From Poseidonia sp. (GTDB lineage: Archaea; Thermoplasmatota; Poseidoniia; Poseidoniales; Poseidoniaceae), in NCBI GenBank assembly GCA_965661285.1, contig CBFIDD010000006.1, forward strand, positions 1 through 64,000: a stretch of DNA of 64,000 nt, read 5' to 3'. The translations under genes were made by a program, and so were the position numbers. The notes under the pieces were generated by a model that had not been told where the DNA came from, made no database searches, and saw only the letters and a list, made by a program, of their open reading frames with translations. Positions 1 through 9,400 of this stretch are shown in pieces. Every line of letters starts with the position of its first letter. Positions within the stretch are counted from its first letter, which is position 1.

Positions 1-1590
1 CTGGGACTTTATTTCCTTCTCACTGTGACAGTTCTCCAGAAATTTAGTGCAAGTGGACCTGACATATGATCCACAAGTTTTGCCCAAGCCGTCACCATTT
101 TATGTATGGGAGGCATACGAATATTAACGCATTTCCCTTTCGATCATTTCGGTTAAGAATGACCTTAGGACCGGCTAACCCTCGGCTGATAAACAGTGCC
201 GAGGAACCCTGGTTTATAAGGCGGTGCGGATTCTCACCACACTGTGCTGCTACTCTTCCCAAGACTCTCATTCGTACACGGTCCAGTAGACCTCAAAGCC
301 TACCTTCCGCCCATGCACGACGCCGCGTTACCACATCATCTTTCGATGGTCTGAAGTATCGGTAATCAATTTGAGCCCCGTCCCTTTTCCCGGCCCGCAA
401 GCTAGACCAGTGATCTGTTACGAACTCTTTCAAGGATGGCTGCTTCTAAGCCCACCTTCTGGTTGTTTTCGACCACGGACACGGTTTGTCTGTGACACTT
501 AATTGATATTTAGGGACCTTAACTTCAGGCTGGTTTGTTCACCTTGCGTAATGGTAGCTTACCCACCATCACTCACTGCTCGTATCTTCAACGATTACAC
601 CTTCGGAGTTTGGCAGCACGCCGAGGGATCGCTCCCCCTAAACGCACAATCAGTGCTCTACAGCGTAATCTATCTCCACGAACGTCTACCTACGAGTAGT
701 TTCACGCGGAACCTGCTATTGCCAACCTCGATTGGACTTTCACCCCTATACCCAGCTCGTCCGAGCGATTTGCAGATCAGCAACGGTTCGATCCTCCACC
801 CAGTTTTCACCGGGCTTCAATCTGGCCAGGCATAGATCGGTTGGCTTCAGGTCCTCCACCATTGACTCCAAGCGAGCACACTTCGTCCCTCACAGTAAAA
901 CTGCTGCGGACTTGTCGGTTTCCCTTCGGCTACGTGGATCAACCACTTAACCTCGCCAATGATCAAGACTCCCTGGGGCATTTTTCTAAACGCACGACTG
1001 GACGCTGCTATATCATCGCTTTCACGCCCAATCAGCCTGTACCCAACTGGTTTCACGTTCTTTTCACATCCCGCTAAGGATACTTTTCAGCTTTCACTCA
1101 CGTTACTTGTAAACTATCGGTCTCGAGTTGTATTTAGGATTGGAAGTATCTGCCTCCCATATTCACACGCGATTTCCAACGCATGCTACTCTGTGACAGT
1201 CACGTGGTCATATCATGTACGGATACGGGACTTTCACCCTCTATGGATCCGCCGTTCCAGGCGAGTTCTCCTTCCATGACTTAGACAAAAGACTGCCAAC
1301 CACATCTCCCTCTCTTTCGATTTGGGATTCGGTTTGTCCTGATCCGTGTTCATTCGCCACTACTAACGGAATCTCAATTGATTTCATTTCCTCCACCTAC
1401 TAAGATGCTTCAATTCGGTGGGTTCCCTATCGCTAATGCGACCGTTTCCGAAGAAACAGGAAGTCCTATTCAGCCATCTGCGGATCTTAGGCATACATGC
1501 GCCTACCCGCAGCTTATCGCAGCTTGTCACGACCTTCATCGGCACTCGAGCCGAGCGATCCCCCAGTTGGGTTGTAGCATCACATGTGTA
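1..1590 (-). rRNA. rrl: 23S rRNA, 5' portion (continues past window start); 5' end approximate
   Basis: Reverse complement has conserved LSU segments (e.g. CCGATGAAGGTCGTG..GCTGCGATAAGC, GAACTGAAGCATCT-like ACCGAATTGAAGCATCTTAGTAG, GTGAAAAGAAC, GGGGCTCAAATT); only short spurious ORFs; no 16S gene upstream. Confidence 0.97.
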
Positions 1591-1739
1591 TGTTTCCACA
1601 CCATATGAGTAACCCTTCGGTATCTAGTCATGCCAATTCGGCCTCAACAGAAAACCACCTCCTCGAGGGCGGTTCTCCTCAGCCCTTCCCCCGCCATGAC
1701 AGGCATGACAGGGTGCTAAGCAACCACCCGACCTTCCAC

Positions 1740-1752
1740 CCATATAAGAAGA
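1740..1752 (-). promoter_or_regulatory. TATA box of the stand-alone 23S rRNA transcription unit
   Basis: Minus-strand TTCTTATATG about 150 nt upstream of the mature 23S 5' end, in the intergenic gap. Confidence 0.6.
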
Positions 1753-1819
1753 AATCGGTATCAAAGGGACCCCATAAAGTGGAACAGTGGTTCGTTTTTT
1801 TGCCAAAACAGCCGAATCC

Positions 1820-3316
1820 TCACGAATGAGCGGCTTTCGGCGAGAGTTGCGCCAAATTTCCGGCGACCAGCGAATCATCGCCGGCCTTGCCGAGTGTCTC
1901 GACCGCCTGTGTCAGTTGCCCCAACTCAAACATGGCAACAGCAGCGGCATTCAGCCCTCTCGAGGAGCCTGGCGTGCGAGCATTGTGAACGTTCATGATG
2001 CCCAGCGCTTTTTCGGGTCGACCACTTTCGATGAGAGCAATAGCGAGATTGACCAGAATATCACCGTTGGTCGGTGCGTTCTTCGCCGCTTCCCTCAGGG
2101 CGAGAATGGACGATTCAAACTGGGTTGAAGCAACGGAGTTCTGCTGAGCATCACCGCCATCGCGCATGGTTGTAGCTCGTTGAAGGAGGGCGATACCGTA
2201 GTTGTTGTAGACTTCGGCGTTGTCAGGCATGCTAGCAGCCATTTTCTGGAAGGCTCGGGCCGCAGAAGACCAATCACCGGCCTGCATGGCTTGGAAGCCT
2301 TCCTGCAGGGTTGTTTGCATCGCAGGTGATGCTCCAACATCAACACGGAGCGCTTGGGCTGGATGAAGTCGAAGCTTGACGGATGGCTTTGGGGTCGAAG
2401 AAGGGCTGGCTTCAAGCGGTGAGTGGAAGACCGCTGCGGGAGAATCGGCACCGTGGTCGTACACGATGACGTCCTCCTCAAGGGAGCCGTATTCCATTTC
2501 AACGACGGCTTCATCCTGGCCGTAGATCTGTTCGTAATTCGGAATTTCTGCATCAATCTTCCAGTAATCTGGAACGGCCGGCACCTCTTGAACGGGGTCG
2601 GTTGTGATGAGACGAGCCGAGGTGAGGCGGAGAGGTTCACCCGAAGTGGCAGGTGCAGGCGGAGGGGGTGGCGGAGAAGGTGGGGTTGACGTTGGGGGCG
2701 GCGGGGGTGTCGAACGAGAGGTCTGCGCAGTATCCTCAACGCTGGCTGGAGGAGCCGGTGTATCGGCGATCTCCGGAAGCGTCGGTGCGGCGGAGAGTTC
2801 AACCTCTGACACCGGTGGCTCTTGAGCAGGCACGACCGGTGCAAGGGGTTCAACGGGTGCATTCGCATCATTAGGTTGAGCAGGTTGAGGTTCAGGGACC
2901 TCCATCGGTTCTGGTTGTGCCTGAACAGGGACTGGCGAAACGACCTGTTCTGCCTTTTCAACGACCCGTTCGACTGGAGCGTCGTGTTGATTGGGGTCAA
3001 AGGGAATCCCTTCGGCGAAACTCCCGATGCCAAAGGGAAGGCGTGAGTCGTACACGTTGGATTCTCCCTGAAAACCAAACGGCAGATTGCTAGGTGCAGG
3101 CGCGTCGGGTTCGGGTTCTGCTGCCTCTTCCTCGGGCGGTTCAATGCCTTCGAGATCGTACCACGCTGCGGCGGCATCGTCGAGTCCGGGGACCTCTGTC
3201 GGCAACACGTCCCCCGACATCTCCTCGCGAGAGAGGTCGGTGCGGAGTTGACTGCCACAGGCGGGACAGGCCGTCCCACCTAGCGAAAGGAGTCCACAGA
3301 TTTGGCACTCAAACAT
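1820..3316 (-). CDS. Zn-ribbon / Pro-rich linker / TPR protein
   Basis: N-terminal CxxC...CPAC, long acidic Pro-rich region, C-terminal TPR-like helices (PDNAEVYNNYGIAL). Confidence 0.8.
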   Translation of the reverse strand: MFECQICGLLSLGGTACPACGSQLRTDLSREEMSGDVLPTEVPGLDDAAAAWYDLEGIEPPEEEAAEPEPDAPAPSNLPFGFQGESNVYDSRLPFGIGSFAEGIPFDPNQHDAPVERVVEKAEQVVSPVPVQAQPEPMEVPEPQPAQPNDANAPVEPLAPVVPAQEPPVSEVELSAAPTLPEIADTPAPPASVEDTAQTSRSTPPPPPTSTPPSPPPPPPAPATSGEPLRLTSARLITTDPVQEVPAVPDYWKIDAEIPNYEQIYGQDEAVVEMEYGSLEEDVIVYDHGADSPAAVFHSPLEASPSSTPKPSVKLRLHPAQALRVDVGASPAMQTTLQEGFQAMQAGDWSSAARAFQKMAASMPDNAEVYNNYGIALLQRATTMRDGGDAQQNSVASTQFESSILALREAAKNAPTNGDILVNLAIALIESGRPEKALGIMNVHNARTPGSSRGLNAAAVAMFELGQLTQAVETLGKAGDDSLVAGNLAQLSPKAAHS

Positions 3317-3378
3317 ATGGCAGGCCCAAACATCCCTTGAGCCGAGGGGACTTCAAGTCAACGCTTTGTTGACCCGCC

Positions 3379-5109
3379 TCATTCCTCTTCGCCGCGCAGC
3401 ATGCCAACGACAACGCTCTTGGCTTCAACGACCATCTCTTCGATGCCTTCCATCTCGTCGTCAACGAGCGCTTCGGCGAAGGTTTTGCCCTTGCTGCGGC
3501 CACGTGCAAGCTGACCGATGATGCTCAACGTGGTAATACCAACGAGGATGAGTTTCACGTACGTAGCGTTGTCCTCCCCGCCAACAATGAACACGAGAAG
3601 CATGTAGAGCGACACGATGAAGGTGGTGAGAATCATGACCGGGAATCCAGCCTTGAAAAATTCGTTGAAGGAAATTGGGTAGCCCGCCTCTTCGGACATA
3701 CCAGCCGTGACAACATTCGCCGAAGCGCCGATCAAGGTACCGTTGCCACCCAAACAGGCTCCAAAGGCAAGCGCCCAAATGAGTGGGTCAAGCAGGTAAT
3801 CGCCAAGTTCGTGGGCGATTTGGAGAACGATGGGGATCATGGTCGCCGTGTAGGGAATGTTGTCAATGAAGGCCGAAGCCACAGCCGACACCCACAACAC
3901 GATGAGAATGGCAGCAGCGAGTCGAACGGTTTGGCCGTCGCCGGTATCGCTACCGAAGAATTCGATGGCGGCCATGACGTATTCACCAATGAAGTTGATG
4001 ACGCCCATGTACTGAAGGGAGTGAACCAAAACGAAGAGACCGGCGAAGAATAACAACGTGGTCCATTCAACATGGTGAAGTGGCTCTTCGAGTTCGTGCC
4101 GGTCCGTTGCCAACAGCATGACCACCGCACCCACCAGGGCGATCCAAGAGACAGCGATGTGGGTGATGGGATGAAGGAAGAAATTGAGGATGACCAGGAC
4201 GAGAATGAAGCCAGCGACTTTGAGCATTTTGGGGTCCTTGATGCCGTATTTTGCCTCAAGCTCGGCCACATCACGAATGCGAGAGCCCGAAAACTCCTCC
4301 GCATAGAACCACTTGAGAAGCATGAAGCTCGGGACGATGCACATCAAAATGCCCGGCCCCATTTCGATAATGAAATCGTTGAACGTCACGCCATACTGGC
4401 TCATGTACTCGTATTTTCCATCCTCAGCGGAGGCGATTTTGGCAGGGGAAAGCCCTGAGCCGATCATGATGTTGGGAGGGTCGCCAATCATCGTAGCAGC
4501 GCCGCCGATGTTGGAAAACAGCACTTCGGAAATGAGCAGCGGGATGGGTTTGATGTCGAGCACTTTTGCAAGTTGGATGGTGACCGGTGTGAGCAGGAGC
4601 ATCGTGGTCACGTTATCGAGAAAGGCTGAAAGAACGGCGGTCACCGAACAGAGAATGACGACAAGCGTCCAGATGGAGCCGCCGCTCTTCTTGTAGGAAA
4701 GAACGGCAAAATATTCGAAAACACCCGTGTTGGAAAGAATACCAACCATCACCATCATACCGAGCAGGAGCCCAATCGTCTCCCAGTCGATCATCGTCGT
4801 GACCTCCGCCAGCGAGAGGGTATCACCGGTGTCGTAGTAGTTCAGCGCAAGCATGGCTACAATGCCGCCAACAGCAGCCGCCAGCGTGCGATGGACCGTT
4901 TCAAAGATGATGAGAACATACACGGCGACGAGAATGGCAAGACCGACATACACGGCTTGGGTTTCAAGTCCGTCCTTGATGTGAATCTCAAGGCCAACAC
5001 CACCTCCGCCGCCGGCGCGGGAAGGATTGGCGAACATCATGGCGCCGATGAACATCAAGAGGCCAAACGCAATTTGCCGACTACGGTTGGTGAACAAATG
5101 TGAATTCAT
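3379..5109 (-). CDS. ArsB/NhaD (IT superfamily) anion permease, P-protein/OCA2-like
   Basis: Many TM helices; motifs SAFLDNVTT, NIGGAATMIGDPPN, DNIPYTATMIP, GACLGGNGTLIGASANVV; start taken at MNSHLF to avoid overlap with the upstream gene. Confidence 0.9.
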   Translation of the reverse strand: MNSHLFTNRSRQIAFGLLMFIGAMMFANPSRAGGGGGVGLEIHIKDGLETQAVYVGLAILVAVYVLIIFETVHRTLAAAVGGIVAMLALNYYDTGDTLSLAEVTTMIDWETIGLLLGMMVMVGILSNTGVFEYFAVLSYKKSGGSIWTLVVILCSVTAVLSAFLDNVTTMLLLTPVTIQLAKVLDIKPIPLLISEVLFSNIGGAATMIGDPPNIMIGSGLSPAKIASAEDGKYEYMSQYGVTFNDFIIEMGPGILMCIVPSFMLLKWFYAEEFSGSRIRDVAELEAKYGIKDPKMLKVAGFILVLVILNFFLHPITHIAVSWIALVGAVVMLLATDRHELEEPLHHVEWTTLLFFAGLFVLVHSLQYMGVINFIGEYVMAAIEFFGSDTGDGQTVRLAAAILIVLWVSAVASAFIDNIPYTATMIPIVLQIAHELGDYLLDPLIWALAFGACLGGNGTLIGASANVVTAGMSEEAGYPISFNEFFKAGFPVMILTTFIVSLYMLLVFIVGGEDNATYVKLILVGITTLSIIGQLARGRSKGKTFAEALVDDEMEGIEEMVVEAKSVVVGMLRGEEE

Positions 5110-5170
5110 GGAAAGGCCCCTTGGATTTGGGGGGACGGATACACTCTTTGACCCTTTGCTTGACAAAGGA

Positions 5171-5437
5171 TTACCTGCGCCACAAAACACCGATGTTTCC
5201 TCGTTGCAGAACCAGCGTGGCGTCGGTGTTTTCGGCGATGTAGTTCCACACCTCGCTGCGTTGTTCCCGCTCAAACAATCCTTTGTTGACTTTGACCTTG
5301 ACGAGGGCTCGTGATTGAAGTTGCTGTCGAATTTCCTGAAGCACCGTCTCGCTCAAACCCGCCTTTCCGATGCGAACGCTCGCTCGAAAATCCCGGGACT
5401 TTGCCTGTCGAAGGATGTGAGTCGGTATGGTACTCAT
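5171..5437 (-). CDS. yhbY: YhbY/CRM-domain RNA-binding protein
   Basis: VRIGKAGL..EI..QL....LVKVKV and RG..GVLWR motifs; adjacent to rnp4 as usual in archaea. Confidence 0.88.
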   Translation of the reverse strand: MSTIPTHILRQAKSRDFRASVRIGKAGLSETVLQEIRQQLQSRALVKVKVNKGLFEREQRSEVWNYIAENTDATLVLQRGNIGVLWRR

Positions 5438-5784
5438 GACCGCTCACCTCGGCGATGGTGGCGAGGTCCTCCACCCAGTCGGCGAACGGTACCGCATTTT
5501 AGGCAGGTTTTGATGCGCTGACCGGCCTTTATTCGCACACGGAAACGACTGGAATGGACGTGGTGAGACCAACACTTTCTGCACACCGTTTCCTTTGCTT
5601 CAGCCGAAAGTGGCAAGCGGTGTCGTCGAGAGGTTTTCACCAAATGCACAGCAGCAGCATCCAAGATTGGGGAGGGGTGAGAAGCAGGTTGCTTCAGGAT
5701 GCTCGTCAAATGTTGTTGAGCGCGCAGCGCAGCGGTTCGCCTGCTCGCTTGTCTTGACGAGCGACGATTCCTCTTCCTGCTCAG
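5434..5784 (-). CDS. rnp4: RNase P protein component 4 (Rpp21); start uncertain (CTG 5784 or TTG 5709)
   Basis: CRKC...RVRI...TCLKCG.VRR Zn-ribbon signature; the basic N-terminal extension is open to 5793. Confidence 0.82.
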   Translation of the reverse strand: MSRKRNRRSSRQASRRTAALRAQQHLTSILKQPASHPSPILDAAAVHLVKTSRRHRLPLSAEAKETVCRKCWSHHVHSSRFRVRIKAGQRIKTCLKCGTVRRLGGGPRHHRRGERS

Positions 5785-5793
5785 AACAACACC

Positions 5794-6420
5794 TCAGTCG
5801 AGCACGGCGAGGAGGTCAACGGTGATTTCATCGATGGCACGGTCGCCGTTCACGCGATGGAAGAGACCGCGTTCTTCGTACCACAACGCCAGCGGAGAGG
5901 TCTGCTCGTGGTACGCACCCAGTCGATTGAGGACCGTGCTTTCGTTGTCATCTGCTCTGCGCTTTTCCTGGTAGTTGCCGCAGGAACACCCCTCGGCGGG
6001 GACGGGATTGAATGTATCGTGGTAAACCGCTCCGCAGTTCGCGCATGTTGAACGCCCGCAGATACGCTCAACGATGCGTTCGTCAGGGACGTCGATGGCC
6101 AGTACGTGGGTGATGGTCGTCAATTCTTGGAGTGCTTCTGCCTGCGGAATCGTTCGAGGAAAACCATCGAACATGACGCCGTTGGCGGCATCCGCCTCCT
6201 GAATCCGGGCCTCAATGAGCGAAAGGATGACGGCATCGGGAACCAACTCGCCTCGGTCCATGTAGCCCTTGGCATCCAATCCAACAGCCGTACCCGCCTT
6301 GACCGCAGCGCGCAACATATCACCGGTGGACACCTGTGGTAGACCGGTATGTTCCATGATTCGGTGCGCTTGGGTACCTTTCCCTGCGCCGGGGGGTCCA
6401 AACAAGACGATGCTGCCCAT
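5794..6420 (-). CDS. adk: Adenylate kinase, bacterial-type with Zn lid
   Basis: GPPGAGKGTQ, STGDMLR, DGFPRT, RADD; Cys-containing lid. Confidence 0.96.
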   Translation of the reverse strand: MGSIVLFGPPGAGKGTQAHRIMEHTGLPQVSTGDMLRAAVKAGTAVGLDAKGYMDRGELVPDAVILSLIEARIQEADAANGVMFDGFPRTIPQAEALQELTTITHVLAIDVPDERIVERICGRSTCANCGAVYHDTFNPVPAEGCSCGNYQEKRRADDNESTVLNRLGAYHEQTSPLALWYEERGLFHRVNGDRAIDEITVDLLAVLD

Positions 6421-6458
6421 GGTGCCGGGAGTGCCTCCTCCCTTTCAATCTTGATGAA

Positions 6459-9400
6459 TCAACCTTGGCGCTTGAGCCACTCATGCCCGTAATGGCGCCA
6501 CTGCTCCATGGTCCACCCTGCGGGCAAGCCTCCGGGTGGAAGGGGAGGTCCGGCTTGTGCAACCGGTGCCGGCGTTGCGGGAGCTGGCTGTGGTGATGTG
6601 GGCATCGGCAGCGGGGGGAGGGCTTTGGACGGAGGCAGGCCAGCGGGAGGCAGACCCTTGGGGACGGCAGCGGAAGGCATACCGGCGGGAGGAAGTCCTG
6701 CGGGAACAGCAGCGGGGAGACTTGGCAAATCCATGGATTGCATGATGGCTTGGGCTATTTCCTCGTCACTTACCTCGCCACTGGTGAGTTCATCCACAGC
6801 TGTACCGAGATCGAGAGCATTGTCCCTTCGCTCACCGAGCATGTCAGGATTGGCATGCGTGTTCGGTGCGACCAAGGTGGTCCCATCGTCTTCGAGTTCG
6901 CCCGATTTCTTCATACGGCGGGCAAGGACAACCCCGCCGAGCAAAAGTGCAGCCACAAGACCTGCACTCACGGCAGGGGGCAGGAGATTGAACAGACCTG
7001 TTGAACCTTCGGCGAACTCCACACTGACCACCTGTTCAAGAGATGAAAGCGACGCTCCATCAGCGGTCAGGTTGAGCAGGAGCCGAGCCGCACCCCGCTC
7101 CACATCATCGGAAGGCATGAGTGTCACCGCCACCTCAAGGGTGGCTCCCACTGCCAGGCCGCTGACCACGGACGGCTCAACGACCACCGACCAATCTTGA
7201 CGCTCAACGTCATTCTTATCCAGAAGGACCGCAGTGAGTTCACCCGCGAGTGGAACATTGCCATCGTTTCGTATCACGAACGTCTCCGTTCGTCCATCGC
7301 TGCGAGAAATGCCCTGCAACAAGCCTTCACCGTCGTTAAGGGAGGTGATGTTTCCAAATGAAGACGGCAAAACGGCGACGGAGACCGATTCGGACGCCTC
7401 AAAAAATCGTCCGTTGTTGGTTGCGTTCACCTGAATGAGAATTTCAAAGGCGTTCTCCGAAACTTCGGATTGTGCTGGTGGCACGAGACCAAACCGGACG
7501 GTTTTCTCCTCACGAGGCTCAAGGTAAACGGTCGGGTTGGCAAAACCCACGGACCACCCATCGGGTGCAAGACCGTGCGTCCACGTCAGTCCAAGGTTTG
7601 TGTTACCGGTGTTTTTCACCACAAATTCACCGTATGAGAAGGCATCGGATACGACGGTGTCAATGCGGCTTCCGGCAGGCGGTGTGAGGGAAATACCCAG
7701 TTCGTCTTTCACGACAAGCGTCGTGATGTTTTGTCGGAAGTTGGAGAGAGAACGCTCTGTTCGGATGGTGAATCCGTTGCTGTCACCCTCCTCAGCCGTG
7801 AGCGGGACACCGAAAATCAATCCTACAACGGTGGTTTCACCTGGCCCGAGTGAAAGTGACACTCGCCTTGAGTCTTGAACGCCATCGTGAGCGACTTGAA
7901 TGGCCCACTGGGGGTTGTCGGGAAGGACCGAGACATCGAGGTCAATACCGATGTTTCCTGTGTTTTCAATCGTCATGTTGAGGTGTACTTGTTCACCGCT
8001 GTCGACAGCGATGTCCGGCGAGAGGTGATTGGGTCCAACTCGGCCGTCGTCGTCTTCCAAATGAACATCAAAGGACTCTTGGGCGAGCACCGTGATGGTC
8101 ACGGTTTCGGTGAAATTCATGGACGGGTCCGTGAGCGAGGTGACGTAGCATGTCACGGTGTCGGTATCACCCGCAGCGGGAACCCCTTCTGCGATCAGAG
8201 GAACGAACACTCGGATGGACATCGGGAGATACTCGAGAATATTGAGCGGTTCAAAATCAAGTTGCGAAGAGTTCGAAGACCCCAGCATGACTTGCCAGCG
8301 TTCCTCGGACTGGCAATCGATGCTGTATTGCGCCGGTGCGTTACCCGTGTTCCTTACCGAGATGGAAAACACCGTTGACTGACCCGGAACGGCTTCAAGG
8401 CCCGACGTACCTGCCGCAACCACTTGCACTTGGTCAAGTTGTTCAACTTCGATGGTGATGCGCTGTGTATGGGCGACCGTTGGCTGATACTGATAGCGAG
8501 CTGTGAGTTCGACCACATAGGTCCCCGCACGCACAAACCGAGGATTGCTCGGGTCGGTGGTCAAATCGGCATCGATGTCTTCAAGTCTGAGATTGATGGA
8601 TTTGTTCGCAGTTTCAGTGCCTTGCGCCGTGAGGGCAAAGGTGGTTGATTCGTCGAACGTTCGGGTCCATAGGTCGGGGCTTGGAAGGAAGAAATCGTCC
8701 CGGCCAGGGACAGGAACCTGCACCATGGTCGCAGAAAGAACAACCGATTGATTCCCGGTTCCCTCGTGGAGCACAGATAGCGGAATGTCGATACCCGAAT
8801 CGTTGCGGACATCGAGGGTCATCATCGCATTGGACGACCGTTCCTCAGCCGTTTCAGGCAGGGTCCCGTCGGCGTTCTCAACGACGACTCGAACACCAAG
8901 GGCCTTCACCTCGACATCTTGCGTCCAGACATTGTTGTCCGTGCCAGAGATGACGTCGTTCATCTCAGCGACCGCATTCCCCGTATCAATCGAGAGCCTC
9001 AGCGTGTGGACACCCGTGGTGGTAAACTGGTGGAAAATAGTGTATGAATCGATAGCTCCAGGAGCGAGGGCCGGTCGGGAAGCAGTAGCCAAGGTGGTTT
9101 GGGCGGTGGTGTCTTCCAGAAGAATATCAAACGGCGCCGTTGTGCTCGTGCCTTGGTTCACCCACGCCAGACGGATTGAAATCAAGTCGTCTTTGAGTGG
9201 ATTTTCTGAAGAGACCAGGATGCTTCCATCGAACACGGCGAGGTCGGGCTGAGGTGTTGGTGTCGCCAGCGCGGTCATGACCAAGGCGAAATCTTGGTCG
9301 GTGCCGCCACGATGAAGCACCTTGACCACCCAATCGCCCGAGCCACTTGGAAGGGTGCCGGGTGCTACGCGTATGCGTTCAACATTGTTCACGGCGTCCG

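Noticed and set aside
1-1590. Possible intron or homing endonuclease in 23S
   Set aside because: Spacing of conserved segments fits an uninterrupted gene and no LAGLIDADG ORF is present
66-1612. Short ORFs on both strands
   Set aside because: They lie within the 23S rRNA gene
2095-3279. 394-aa alternative-frame ORF
   Set aside because: Arg/Pro-rich shadow of the 498-aa gene, typical of GC-rich DNA
5794-5796. TGA as selenocysteine between adk and rnp4
   Set aside because: Adk is complete at this stop, the position is non-catalytic and no SECIS-like element was seen
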